DNA of 63,079 bases, the filler included, from Choristocarpus tenellus KU-1152 (taxonomy: Eukaryota > Protista > Phaeophyceae): the NCBI GenBank assembly GCA_964200185.2. It is 9 parts of 9 records of this genome, joined end to end, with 100 filler letters (N's around TTAATTAATTAA, not from the genome) between each part and the next. Parts side by side here need not be neighbours in the genome. Positions count along the whole stretch, not along the records: positions 10,738 to 23,578 come from CAXNAD020001691.1; positions 23,679 to 30,691 come from CAXNAD020006866.1; 7 more parts are not named here. One strand, given 5' to 3'. A program made the translations under genes and the position numbers. This document shows, one piece after another, positions 11,331-24,069 of the stretch (position 1 is the stretch's first letter; every line of letters starts with the position of its first letter). A model generated the notes under the pieces. It was not told where the DNA came from. It searched no databases and saw only the letters and a list, made by a program, of their open reading frames with translations.

Positions 11331-12706
11331 TTAACGGAGACCATCTCAAATGGGATTTGACACCCCCTTTCCTCCGATAATATACCCAGCCCCTCTTCCC
11401 CCTACTGCACGGGTGGTCATCGCATCCAGGAAAATCTCTTCTCGCTTCCCAAGGCGCTCAAAACTTTCCACCATGAAAGGTGGTGAGATCAAACTGATGA
11501 GATTAGAACATCCCTCGTAATGGGTGCATTTTTGCACCTCAGCTACAGCAGCACGGACACCACCACATTGCTGGTGGAGGAGGTTGTATGTGACAGGTTG
11601 CTTGGGCCTCTTCAAAAGCAACATCCAAAAGGAGGCCTTCATCCTGGTAATAAGGAGCTATCTGGAAGGTTGGACGGTTACGTTCGAAACGAGTTGAGCG
11701 GAATCCTGTTCAGAAGGCGGGTGATTTCATACTGTGGCCTCCTTGTGGTCCTGGCATTATGAGTTGCAGTTGTGTGAACCTCCAGGAAGGGAGCAGGGGG
11801 GTTGCTGTTTCTGCCCAGTCTACCCACCTGAGTCTGCTGCCTTCATTTTCTTCTTTCTGCAGGGTCCTCAGTGAGTTGTTATCAGGCTGTTCCATGATGG
11901 AGCGTGCAAGGTGGGGGGGGAATGACCCTCACCAAATAACTCAAATGAGAAGAGAGGAACCAGGATTGGAGGAGCCTGGCAACCTGGTATCCCCTATCTC
12001 ACTCAGGTGTTTGGCCAGCATTCGCGAGTCTGAGTTATCAATCACAACCAGCCATGTATGTGTGTTTGGATAAATTCATCTATCCCTACCACAGCCCCCA
12101 TAGTGCAACAAAACCATTTTGGGTCTCGACCCAGGTTGATTCGACGGTAGGTAGGAAGGAGTTCCAGTTTGTCGGGTATGGGTGGTGATCCTGGGGTGGT
12201 GTGGCATCTATGTTACGCATGTTTACTACTATCCACACTTACTGGTTGGTTAAATATCAATAATTCATGTGAGTATATATAGATTTATTTTAGTGTTACA
12301 ACAGAGTTGTTGTAGTAATAGTCATTATCGCATATAATTGTAGTAATGAAAGTTGAAAAAGCTGAAAAAGTTGAAAAAAAATTCAAATAATTTTGAAAGG
12401 TGGTACAATATTGGTTTTGTTCGGGGTCCGCTCAAAGAATGTCGGAAGATATGGCATGCATGTATGTAAGAAGACTGTTTGATTAGGCCGTCTTCCCCAT
12501 CATGTTGCTGTCTTTCCAGGAATAGTTAAAGTATCAACACATCTGTTTAGAGAAGAATCAGGGTGGAGAAAATATCAACATTCCATATTGAACGTCCTGG
12601 TGTGTAGCTACCCTAAGCCTGCCGTTGTTGAGCGTGACCGTTCCTCTTCGTGCTAACGCTCAGAAGTTGGACCAGTCACAATTCGACTTCTCTGTCCGTG
12701 TTCACC

Positions 12707-15700
12707 ATGGCAGTGGAAACAGTCGACTATACAATGGAAAAACATGGTCTGAAGGCACAACCTGGAAGTCACCACCACTTTTCAGATGCTGAGGTGATTA
12801 CTTCTCGTCTAACGTGGATAGTTAATGTTGGCAGGTTTGACGTTTCTCTGTTCCTGAAATACTTCGCCTGCTTTCGGACCCTCTCACTAACGTAGTAGCA
12901 ACTACCGTGACCCCTGCTACTGTATCGATTTCATAGCCCCTCCAGCTCGCTACATTCTTCAATGCAAAGTTTGCGAACGAACCTTTGGTGTCTTCCATAA
13001 TTCCCATCGACGGTACCAATGTGGATGAATTTTTCTCGTCGTGGGCTGATGGCTATCTTCTCAACGTTCTAGTCGATGCGGCGTGTGAGGGCGCTGTGCA
13101 GCTTCGATCCCTACGTAGACGGTCTTCGAAGCCTTTGGGTGTCAGCAAGAGGCATCTCACTATCCAGTATTACGCAAATCTCAACGAGGCTCTACAGGGG
13201 TGCGAAAAAATTGGACTTCGGCTTGGGTTTGTGGGAGCGGAAGATTTTGCTCAGGGAAACAGGCAAGCGGATTGAGTTGTGGGAGTGGATGGGTAGTCTG
13301 TTGATGCTGCTGTACAGTTCGTTTGCATGTGTGAAATGTTGAGGACAACTAGTCCGATACATCTGGAAGAATCATTTCTCAGGTTGGGTGTGAAAGGACA
13401 CTTGAACAGTTGCTCACTACCGCAGTGCATGGTCCCTACTGATCCTGGCGGAAGAGGAAGGGGCAGGATCTCAGTCAAAGGCAAATACGTGGACTGAACT
13501 TTCGGAGCACTCTTAGGGTGTGGATTTCGGCACACATAGTGGGAGACGAAGTGTGTGCAGGAATGGACGAATACCCGACACCTGACACTGTCTACCAAAA
13601 CTTGAGACCCCTATACCGTCCCTAGCACTTATTCACTTGGATTATTTTGATATGTCCCCATCAGGCCTGTCATCCTTGGGGTAAGCTGGCAACTGGTGCG
13701 CTTGGCAATTATGCGTGAAGTCAATGTTGTGCAAAACCCTGACTTGGAAGGTTAGTGAACCAACGTGGGTTATTGACTTATTAAACTGAACAAAAATTGG
13801 GTATACACAAAAATGTAATGCTGCTATGATCCAGTTGGTCTCGAGGAGGCAGCGTTGATCTCTTAATAATGTTTTTGAATGAACACTCAGCTCAGCCCCT
13901 CCCCCTTTTAGTAACATGTATATTATACACCGCTTTTTGTGGCATATTTTGGTTGGGGAAAGCCACTTTTTCAGGGAAGAGAACAATAGGGTTGGAGATG
14001 ATGGTCAGATAGGCGGGAAATATGCAGTGAGGTCTCTAATGATTCTTTATCCCACGTAAGATGACTAATGTCCACCAATCCTGTCATTTATTGATATCTC
14101 ACTTTCTTAGTTCTGTTCAGCCCTGAGGAGATTCCACTGCCTCCCGATGAGCACGGGCAGGAGGAGCTTATGCGACGCTGGTGGGTGCACCTTCCTTAAA
14201 GTTACACATTATTACGAAGAAACAATTGTTCATAGATTTTGTTCTGCAGGTCTTCTACTGCTGAACTATCATATTTCTCTCAACTACACAAATTTCCATG
14301 ATCGAAACTTTGCCCCCAAGTGATTGCCTTGAAAGTGTGTCACTTCAACCACTCGTGATGGTGTAGCTCACCTCTTTAAACCCATGTTGCCTAGGAAGAA
14401 TACTCACATGCAGACCCCATTTAACCATCACAAGACCGGTGCAATGCCTGTGTCTAGTCCTGTGGTATACTCAAACAGCTTTTGGAGAAAGGGAGTGCGT
14501 TATACCTCTGGTGATTATAAGACAAGGAAGATTCACTACCGTTCCCCATGCCTCATTCCCCAACAATGGGATACTCTACATGATGTGAATGGATCCCATC
14601 TGCCCTAGGGTACTGAGTTTTTTGTCAGGGTCCAGGGGGTCCATATGGCGCCCCTCTACCAGAAATTACTGGATCAGGGTCATTGTTCCAGTCTCATACC
14701 TGTACACAGGATGAGACACTTCCCAAACAGAGTCCAGGTACAGAGGGGGGTATGAGCTCTCTGGACTTGTGTGTGGTAAACTCAAAGGCTACCCCTTCGG
14801 TCTGTCTCCTGGGCTTGAATATTGTCAGGTCATCCTACCCTTGCTACCCACCCGTCCCAAACGCAAAACCAACACCATGGTTAAATCAAGGCTGCCGAGT
14901 AAATCTTTCCCATTCAAGTCCTCATTTCTGACATTTGAACATGATCGTATAAATTGCTGCCCTGTAACTATGGCCAGGTTTAACCACTATCTTGAGGCGT
15001 GTGGGAGTGAACGCCGCGTGTGGACATTTGGGTCTGAATTGGCAGATGGAGTGGCCTACTGTACCCTCCTAAATGGCATAAGCCCATCTTCCTGCCCTCC
15101 CCCGGATGAGATGAACTTAAGCTCTAACCCGGCCACAGTCGTCATGGCAGTACAGAAGATGGGCATCAAGGTGTTAGAAAACAGACTGATTCCCTTATAG
15201 ACCACTGTAAACCAAAAGTCATCCTTAATTCATTCTCTTCTTTTGTCTAAACTGAACTTCCTCTTGTTTAGAGGGCTGAAGCACCCTGTATTTTGCACTC
15301 CTCTGTTTCCAGGATACACATTTCCCGACGGATTATAATGACTCATTTCTTTTTCCAATAAAAAATTGTTGGACCCGTAGAAAAGTCTGATGACAACTTT
15401 TGCCCTCAGCTTGCTGACTTGCTAAGGTATTGCTGGATATGTATACCCCACATCCTGTCACTTGGAAGGTATGCACAAGTTGGTGCTCTCTAGGACATGC
15501 AGTTGACTCAGTATCTTCCACAGAGATGGTACAGTCTTGTAGTTCTCTTATTCATCCATTGTGACCAGCTGCAATAAAAATCCTCCTCCTACAACAGTAG
15601 CGGTGACTGTGTGAGGTACAAGATTCCATGTGTCTGATGAGGTGAAACCTTTTTGTAGGGCAAGGAACCAAAGGACAATCTCCCGATCGTGCCTGTCACA

Positions 15701-16069
15701 GGGAACCCCCCCAGCTCTAGAGTGTAGTTTGTTGTTGACCCCCTCATGTACGTATACCATACACTATCCCTCCTTGAAAATGGTATATTGCAGGGTGTGT
15801 TTATGGGAGAGGATGACATTCTCTCCGGGGACCGCAAAAAGAACATGCTATTCTGTGCTCAGCTTCTTCAGGCACACCCCCACGTGCTCCCAGGGAATAC
15901 TCCTTCAAAGAAACGATCAATTAGAGGATTGGGCCAATCTGACTTGACCAATGGAAGGGAAGCAAGGATGTCACGGGGTTTGGATGAGGAAGATGGGACA
16001 CATCATATGGAGACAGGCTTCTGTGCTGGAGGACTGTTCGGATGTATCATGAGCCGCTTCCAGAGTTGA
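12707..16069 (+). CDS. Fimbrin/plastin-like protein with a single actin-binding domain (CH1-CH2), ~345 aa
   Basis: Exons 12707-12793, 12937(or 12946)-13262, 13665-13750, 14111-14180, 14978-15170 and 15794-16069 are phase-consistent; intron 2 has a GC donor. Motifs IPID..DGYLLNVLV, NLNEALQGCEKIG..VGAEDFAQG, RPVILGVSWQLVR, EELMRRWFNHYL, FGSELADGVAYCTLLN and DILSGDRKKNMLFCAQL match fimbrin ABD1. Confidence 0.85.
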
Positions 16070-19000
16070 TGGGTTGTAGAGCTTGTGGGGGGGAGAGGAG
16101 GAGCAGGGGAGAAGCTCGCTTGTGAGTTGCTTGCACCTGCTGGTGTTGAACAAGTGGCTGCACAAGTATGGGGTTGGATGGAGTTGGGAAGGACTTTATT
16201 GGTGAGTGCCTTCGTGGGATTGATTGGATGCATATCCAAGGGAATAAAGGTTGGTTACATCATTTGACCTACGGGGTTTCTTTAGGTGTGACGATCTTTG
16301 CACAGGATTTATGAGACGCAAAAAAATATGTGTATGCAATGCATTGGTGCAGATAGTGCTGTATTCAATTGCATGTGTTCCCTGGGTAGCTTTCTTGCCA
16401 CTAGTGCAACATCTTCTTTTCCTGGCAGGTAGTGTGCCCAGAGCAAAAGCATACTGCACCTAAAAGCTAAAATTGTGTGTTATAAGAAGAGAGGGGGCTA
16501 TTGAGACAGAGTCTGGTAATATGTCGGTGGGGTCTCTTTTTAGGTAAGATCAATGTCAATCGCCTTATGGTAGTTCCACAAAAGGCGGTAGAGCAAGATG
16601 TGTAAACTTCACAGTATGATTTGGAGTAGGTCAGGGTGAGGGTTCATCGTTCATAGCTATTGGTGGTTTGGGCTAGTTCTGAGGGTTTTAGTGGTTACTT
16701 TATCGTGAGAGGAAACATAATAGCTTGCCCTGTCTAATGTATCCCATGGACATTGAGCATGTGTTCTGTGACTTCATTTTACTGGTACAACCAAGTGTAA
16801 CCAATGTAGACCTTGCATATGTAGGATTGGTTGCAGTAGGAAGTATGTGATTCTACTGTGACTCTCTCTGTATACTGAGTTAGTACTACACTGTTGTTGG
16901 AGTGGGATATCCTTGAAGCTGCAGGTTGTTGGCGAAGAAATAAAGTTTTGACTGTGAAATGTCTTGTCTTTTGTCTTTTTTTTGTGTGTAGTTGCAGTTG
17001 TATACGTTCATTGCAAAAAATGACTTACTGCTACAATTAATGTAGCTGAGGTTCCCTACCTTTTTTGGTATTGCAATATTAATGCAGTATGTGTTTTTCA
17101 TGGGAGACCCGGTAGTGGTGTGTTCAGTCCCCATCCCACCGGTGCGTAATGTATCTATAAGTGTCTTCAGGTCCATTGACTTTTTGTTGTTGAGTCACTA
17201 CACATTGTTAAAGCATTCTTTACATACACTGTGACCTGTTGCCACTGCCGCTGCAAGTTGTGTCCAGTGCTGACTCTTGTCAAGTCACATTTTTGACATA
17301 CGACCAGCACCTTTGCTTCAGAGGGCAATCTCTTCGGTCTTGTAGAAAGCCACATGCATTTTGTATTATGTTTGAATTATCCTCGTGATTTTTTCTTGTC
17401 TGTTCTGTTGCAGACGGATAGACCCTTTTCTTGCTCAGAAAATGGCAGTGTTTTAGAAGTGTGCAGCGTAGGGCTCCAGAAAGGCTGTAGTGGAGCATGA
17501 ATCATGAGGTGCTAGGTGAAAAATAACTCGACAGTTTGACAAAGCATGACCTCAGATTTTCTGTGAATGCAGCATCAAGCAAGGAAAGATACACAGTGAA
17601 ATGTATTTATTGTTGTTCTTCTGCCTTCCATAGTTGTGGTGGCTAGAGTCTAGAGCATAAATCTTCTAACAAGCAAAGCAGGCTTTCAGGACAATTGGAA
17701 ATTGAGAGGAACTATGCAGGGGTCAGTGCACGTCTGCCAGTCCTATCTCAATAATGTGTAGTATCTGAAAGGGCCATTAGTACTGTATGTGCAACAACAA
17801 ATTCTGAGCATGCCTTTTGGCCACCTCTGTTGCGTTACCCGGCTGTCTCCTCCTGCCCTTGAAGTGGGTCTATTAAATGCACAACATGGCAATTCAAATT
17901 GGGCTGGCGCAGGGATGCCTTGAAGTCGTGCCATTTTGTACCAGATGTAGCATTTTTACTACTCTGCGGTACATTGTACATGTAGTACATCTTACTTGCA
18001 TACTTTGTATAGAGTAGTCCAGGGCTCAACTAGGACAGGCATCAAGTACACACCAAAATGGAAGAGGACTACTACCTTGCATTTTCTGCCTCCACCATAC
18101 ATGGTACTTTGGCCTGAATTACATGAACTTATTGTTTGCCTTTTTGTGAGATAGTTCATAGTATAAGTTACCAACAGCATTATAGTAGTTGACTAGTGCA
18201 GCTCAAGGGTAGCCATTTAAAAAGTCGCCCTCCTCTGTCTGTAGTTGGAAAGTTGTCATTTGATTGTTTTTGTTTGATACCTGCCACTGCCTCACCACAT
18301 TTGTTTATGTGCTTTGTGCACAGAGGCACAATATTATAATAGTGTATAGATCCAACCTATTATTGTTGATGCATCTGCTGGATGATGCATGTGTACAAGT
18401 AGGTCAGTATAAACACCATTTGGAACGCCTTTCGAGATTTGTGGGAGGATGACACATGGACAGTACTGGCCTTGAAACTTAAAGGAATAGTGAAACTGGT
18501 CTTCTTGGTTAAGTTTCCTTAATTTTTAAATAGACTGATATTCCTCGTTTTCCCATAATCCTAGATTATTAAGGGGTGATGATTGTTGAATGGTTCCAAA
18601 CTAGAATATAAATGGTGAAAATATGGCGCGAACAATGTCCCCCTACCTTCCTTGCGGAGAGTACAAAGAGATGCCTGTCTGTGGGAACTTCGTTTTTGTC
18701 TCACCAACCCAGTCACAGGTACAACAACTGCACATACCAACTAATTGTTGCACTGCAGCTAATTGTTTTGTCTCTATTCACACCTTGCTTCTCGCCCATT
18801 GGATTCAATACTCTGGCACTCATCGCTCTGTCTCCTCACTTGAATCATGTCTCAGACCTGCCTTGAACACTCCTCTCCCACCTGATCCATATAATATTAT
18901 TTGTGATTATCATTGTAGTAATCGCATTTGTGCGGGGATTTTCGTGACCCATGGTCAAAGGCACTACACACTGCACTGAGACAAAGTAAACGAGAGGTAC

Positions 19001-20399
19001 CCAGATTTGCACTTTAAGGATACTGGCAACTATGTTCAAAGTCGGGGTTTTTTACAAATATGTGGATATTCTGTGGATCGTGTTGGAAACGTTTCGAATA
19101 ATACATAAGTAAACAGTCCCACGTCAGACTTAGAACTCCATCCATAGATATATGAGGGAATTGTAAAACATTGAAAAACAGACTAAAAATGCAAATCGGT
19201 CAAAACCTGAGTACCTCTCATTTTCTTTACTCACTACTTCTCATACTAGCTACTCACTAAAAGTTGCACTACATAAAATTTATTGCTCCGTTCCTGCCTT
19301 GCTTCTCGCCCTTTGGATTCAGCATTCCCACCCCCCATCGCTCTGCCTCCTCACTCAAATTTTCCATCTCAATCTTGATATGATCCCCATCAATGATAGG
19401 GAGATAGATGCCTGTGGCGATTCGGTAAGTGATCAACAAGTTCACCATTGCTCCCTGTCATTAGTCCAATTTTATGCATTCTGTCAGTGGCAATACATTA
19501 AATGAACATTCAACAATCTCCTGTGTGTATGATATGCTGAGTAATCAATGTTAATCGCTGCTCCTCATAAGAGCTAGAACCGACAGAGGGATAATATTAT
19601 TCATACTATCATCCCAGAATAACAACAAAAAACAGGTACTGACTACTAATTTATGTAATTCCAAAGATTTGTACACAATTGCATATTTTCCTGTTAAATT
19701 GCAAGGAAATATCTGTACCCGACTATATATACAAGTAAATTGCAATGAGAGATTTGTACCCGATTGTTCTTTCCAACTAATTTACAATGTAATGCTTATA
19801 GATCAAGATGAAGTAGGGATAGAAATTTATTACGCAATTGCCTTCTCTTGACACATAGGGACAAATAAATGATTTAATATACATGTTGATCAAATGGTGA
19901 GTGATACATAATATTTGTACATAATTCCTCAATTGAGTTATACTCAGTACGTGAGTTGTGATTTCAAAAATCCCCTAGATAGAAATTATGTATACATCTT
20001 CACTAGTCCTTCAACCTTCACATCGAATTGTTTGTACATGCACATGTTTTCCTACTGATTTGTGAACCACAAATGAGTTAAATCATGATTTCTTTGATAT
20101 GTGGATGCTTCTTTTCGGCAATTGGATCTCAACTGGAAACTCTAACATTTCCTCTAGCAGTGGTGCATCTGAGGGTCACCTCGACACAAAAGGCAAGTCC
20201 CTAGATACTATAGTATATCAGTGACAATATATTTCACAGTAACTGCTCCGCAGTACATACATTGTTGCGTAATAAATCGTGATCCCTGTACCACATAGAG
20301 CTAACGTTGACGGGTTGCTCTAGGCCTGGGACTTTCAGTCTTATGATGGAACCAAGAGTCATACCAATACCAGATGTAGACCATCAAATCTCTCAACCT

Positions 20400-20575
20400 G
20401 TTATTGGCCGATACACTATTGATGGCATTGTTGGACATAGACCTGGTCCTGGTCGTCGTTCGTCCACTAATGTTATCTATCGCCTTCGTCTTTGTGGCTA
20501 TGGACCGTCTTGTGATCTTTAAAAAAAATAGAACAGATCCCCCACAATGTCGTGAAATGATTGCAGCCTATCGTC
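20400..20575 (+). mobile_element. Decayed chromodomain, likely from the integrase C-terminus of a chromovirus-type Ty3/Gypsy element
   Basis: YTIDGIVGHR...IYRLRLCGYGPSCDL* then, after a frameshift, QCREMIAAYR fits the chromodomain pattern Y-x-(V/I)-(E/D)-x-I-x-x-H-R...Y-x-(V/L)-(R/K)-W-x-G-Y-x-P-x-x-D...C-x-E-x-I-x-x-Y. It has a stop and a frameshift and no splice context. Confidence 0.6.
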
Positions 20576-22591
20576 CAGTAAATGGATTGGATAACCAGTA
20601 AAATTCTCGTCCCACAAAGTGTTGACTTGAGAATTCGCATTTACTGTTATCATACTCCTTTACATAGTCTGTATATCATGCATTGGCGTAATGTTGTAAC
20701 TTATTGTTTCAGTAAAGAGATTATTGTACGTATGTGCGGTACAGTCTATTTGCAAGGATTGATAAACCTGGTAAACACGAGATGCCAAGTCAGAGGTGGT
20801 CGTTAACAGGTTAACTGACATCTGTTACCAGTTATCTCATCTCTTCACAAAACGATAGCCTATACCCATTTATGACAAAATGACACACAAACGATTTGTC
20901 TAAACTAGATGGTCAACCTATGTAAAGGATCACGGGATGTGGGTATCACGAGATCCTGCCAAGACGCAGAAGTCATAAAAACAAACACACCAACAAAGAA
21001 AAATAAATAAAAATTGTGAAGGACCTGTACATAAATGTTGGTGGATTTAGATATATTAATAATACAATTATTTGATTTATCAACTCTCCTCATTCGCATG
21101 AGTGGACACATGCGGTGGTGAAGAGACCGTATCACCGGGCACATTAGCACATTAGCACTTGTGTGCTACAGGTGGCTGTTCATTATATCATGTCACGTTT
21201 TCATGATATTGATATATTGATCATCATGAAATGGCAAACTCCATCCTAAAACAAAAATGGAGATTCAAGTCTACCACTAGGTTAGAGATGGAGACTTCAG
21301 GTGAGTCATACATGTTATATACTTTATTTTTCGAGTGACATGATCCCCCTGACATGATCTAATGACCGTACAGTCACCTCGTATCGTTTTAGGAGAGTTG
21401 AGCCACCAACATCGTACGTCCGAGTTGTCCACTTGGAACATTGTAGTCGTCGTGAGCACTATTCCAATCGATGTCAGAATTGAGGAAGGAGAATGGGGGC
21501 ACACATTTGATTTCGTCATTTGCTGTGTTGTTTTGGTCATGTAACACACAATGTTGTTTTCACGCATCAGAGTAGTGATCAAATCATCGTATAACACCAG
21601 TATAACAATGTTGAATAATAAAACACTAATCAAACTGTTTGTTGACATCATACAGTGTTTGCTCCTCGTATCCCAATTCTGAGTGTATCCTCTGGTTTAT
21701 GCAAGATACTAGAGACCCTATATACCGGCCACATATACCTCTCGCTTCGCCTTTAGGCTGATTAATATGTTGATCCCATACTCTCAGACCTCGTAAGCTT
21801 AATTGGTGTGCTGACCACACACCATCAACCTTGAGCTAATGTTATCCTGATCAGGTGTTCATTTATGTGCCTCGTTCATTTAATACACTTCATTTTGTAT
21901 TAATGGACTCGTGTAATACAATGGTGCAATACTATACTAAGAGTCACACATGTTTCCCATTTTTCTCCCAGAGCTCACTTTTTGGTTGACCTTGAATCAT
22001 GTTTACATGGCTTCAAGACCGATCAGAAGGGGGGAGTGATGTGGAAAGCATGTTTGTCTGTTGTTATACCGTTATTTCCGTATGTCATATACCGTTGTAC
22101 CATTGTACTGATCGAGGTTCTTTGTCAAGCATCCATGATTCCACTGGCGGATCTTCCACCAGAATGAAACCATGGAATCTCTTCAAGAGACCACTTCCAC
22201 AGATTTGGGACTGCTCGTCATTCAGAGATGTCAAACGCGAAATATTCACTTTGTTCTCACGTCTTGACTTGTGGTGACGAATCCCCCTCTCTGAAGATGC
22301 TCATCACTCCTCAATTTCCCTGCAAGTCCTTCAGGTCTTGCACTTGTCCAACTTTGGCCTCATACTATCGGTAACAGTTCGTCTTGGTTCATCTGGTCCG
22401 TCTTGCCCGGTGATTCTCTTGGCTACCCTTACCTGAGTGGACCACGCCACCAGAGAATACCACGAATCACACAACTGTTACTTTTACAGGGGGTATTGTG
22501 ATACGAGTTTGACTTTTTTCAAGACATATCTGCCTCTACTACAGTTCATTATATAATGTAGTAACAGTCATGAGACAGACAAGTAGTGGTT

Positions 22592-22663
22592 GGTCTTATG
22601 GTGTAGTCGGTAACACTTGAGACTCTGAATCTCACGCCCCGAGTTCGAGTCTCGGTAAGACCT
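22592..22663 (+). tRNA. trnQ: tRNA-Gln (anticodon CTG)
   Basis: Acceptor stem GGTCTTA/TAAGACC, D-arm, anticodon stem TGAGA/TCTCA with loop CT-CTG-AA (22625-22627), T-arm CCGAG-TTCGAGT-CTCGG, 72 nt. It is followed by CCA and TTTT. Confidence 0.95.
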
Positions 22664-22666
22664 CCA

Positions 22667-22670
22667 TTTT
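22667..22670 (+). terminator. Pol III T4 terminator of tRNA-Gln
   Basis: TTTT lies immediately after tRNA+CCA; a longer T-run follows at ~22702. Confidence 0.5.
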
Positions 22671-23290
22671 ACCGTTCCTGTCTACGTAGTAGGTTCCTAC
22701 ATTTTTTTTTTTTTATTAATTTGCCCTCTCACATTTTACAGATGTGTCAGGGAGGAAACCAATGAAAACTATACACATTGTCGGTATAAGCCCCAAAGAA
22801 GTAAATTGTCATAAATGCTTCATCGTTTTTATGTTCATACAGACAGTAGTAGTAACAGAACAGTATTTACTCCAGTACTGTTGCGAGTCCAAACCCCTTC
22901 CACGCCAGATCTCTTTTCAGCCAAATAATCTGGTTTCTGTGAACCTAACAACATCTTACCAATTATTCCATGTAGACATTATAATTGGACTTCACAGACA
23001 GGAGCGTACTCTTGTTAATGCTTTGTTCTCCAAAGATACCTCTGTAAAGCCTGGTGTAACAGTTTCGAGACGACTGGTGCAAAAATGGAACCTTCTGTTC
23101 ACAATTGCACGGTTTATGAGTGACTTCTACAAACCTTGACACCTGTGATGGAAACGAGGTTTTCAACTATTATTTTTTTTTATCGGTGGTGCAACCAACC
23201 GATTTGGTATGACTACAAGTCACTTGATTATGGTGTTATACTACTGAAGCCACGTAGCGTACTTGATATGGTAAATGTCTTAGCCTCTCC

Positions 23291-23578
23291 CATGGTAAGG
23301 AAGATTTCAAAGGCATTGTCACCCTTGGATTCCAGCATTGTACTGCAGACTGCGAAGAGGCCCTGGCTGACATGCCTAGGTCTCTCTTAGGGGTATGCAT
23401 CGAACCCCTCCACTGTGGTCTCCGCCAGCACCTCTGCGTTGGTCATCCCCACGTCTTGTCTCTGTTGCTAGATGGAATGAAAGAATCACAGGTTCTTGAC
23501 GTTGAGATCAGGTGAGTTGGCTGGCTGGGTGTCTATGACAATGTCGTCCCCTGCCACCTCCTCGATTGGCTCCATGAT
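23291..23578 (-). mobile_element. Tc1/mariner (DD39D-like) transposase C-terminal pseudogene, truncated by spacer
   Basis: Minus frame reads DIVIDTQPANSPDLNVKNL*FFHSI*QQ...TVEGFDAYP*...MLESKGDNAFEI. This matches the mariner motifs QPPNSPDLNVLDLGFF.SIQ and GGNxY, with three in-frame stops. Confidence 0.8.
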
Positions 23579-23678
23579 NNNNNNNNNNNNNNNNNNNNNN
23601 NNNNNNNNNNNNNNNNNNNNNNTTAATTAATTAANNNNNNNNNNNNNNNNNNNNNNNNNNNNNNNNNNNNNNNNNNNN
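23579..23678. other. Artificial contig spacer
   Basis: N44-TTAATTAATTAA-N44. Confidence 0.97.
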
Positions 23679-23741
23679 CCTTTCTGGGTTTTGACCAAAA
23701 TGGACCCCCTGGTGTACCCCCCCCCCCCCCCAGACACTTTG
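23679..23741 (-). mobile_element. MITE family A, left part at contig start
   Basis: Reverse complement reads caaagtgtctg-G(n)-tacaccagggggtccattttggtcaaaa. Confidence 0.8.
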
Positions 23742-24069
23742 GGTTTCCTGCTTGATTTTTCATTTGAGGGAATATTGATTTTGGAAGGGGTCACAATTTT
23801 CTGATCTACATGGATAGCAATTATTTTGTGCTTTCAAAGCACAAAAGTGCTGTGTTTCTGGGTTACTTGCTGTATTGTGCTTGATGTCAACCAAACGGCA
23901 ATGTAAGGGGGAAAAAATCATACCCAACACGGAGAACGGGTACAGAATCTTCCCCGTTCTGTACTTCGGATCACAGAGAAACAAAGAATATGCCCTTAGT
24001 TCAAAATGATGGCACCATACTGTACCAAAAAAATAGTGCAGTGTGTAAAAAAAAACATGCTATACTCAC

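Noticed and set aside
18623-18635. tggcgcgaaca as a tRNA-Lys primer-binding site
   Set aside because: The match is imperfect and there is no adjacent LTR end or gag ORF.
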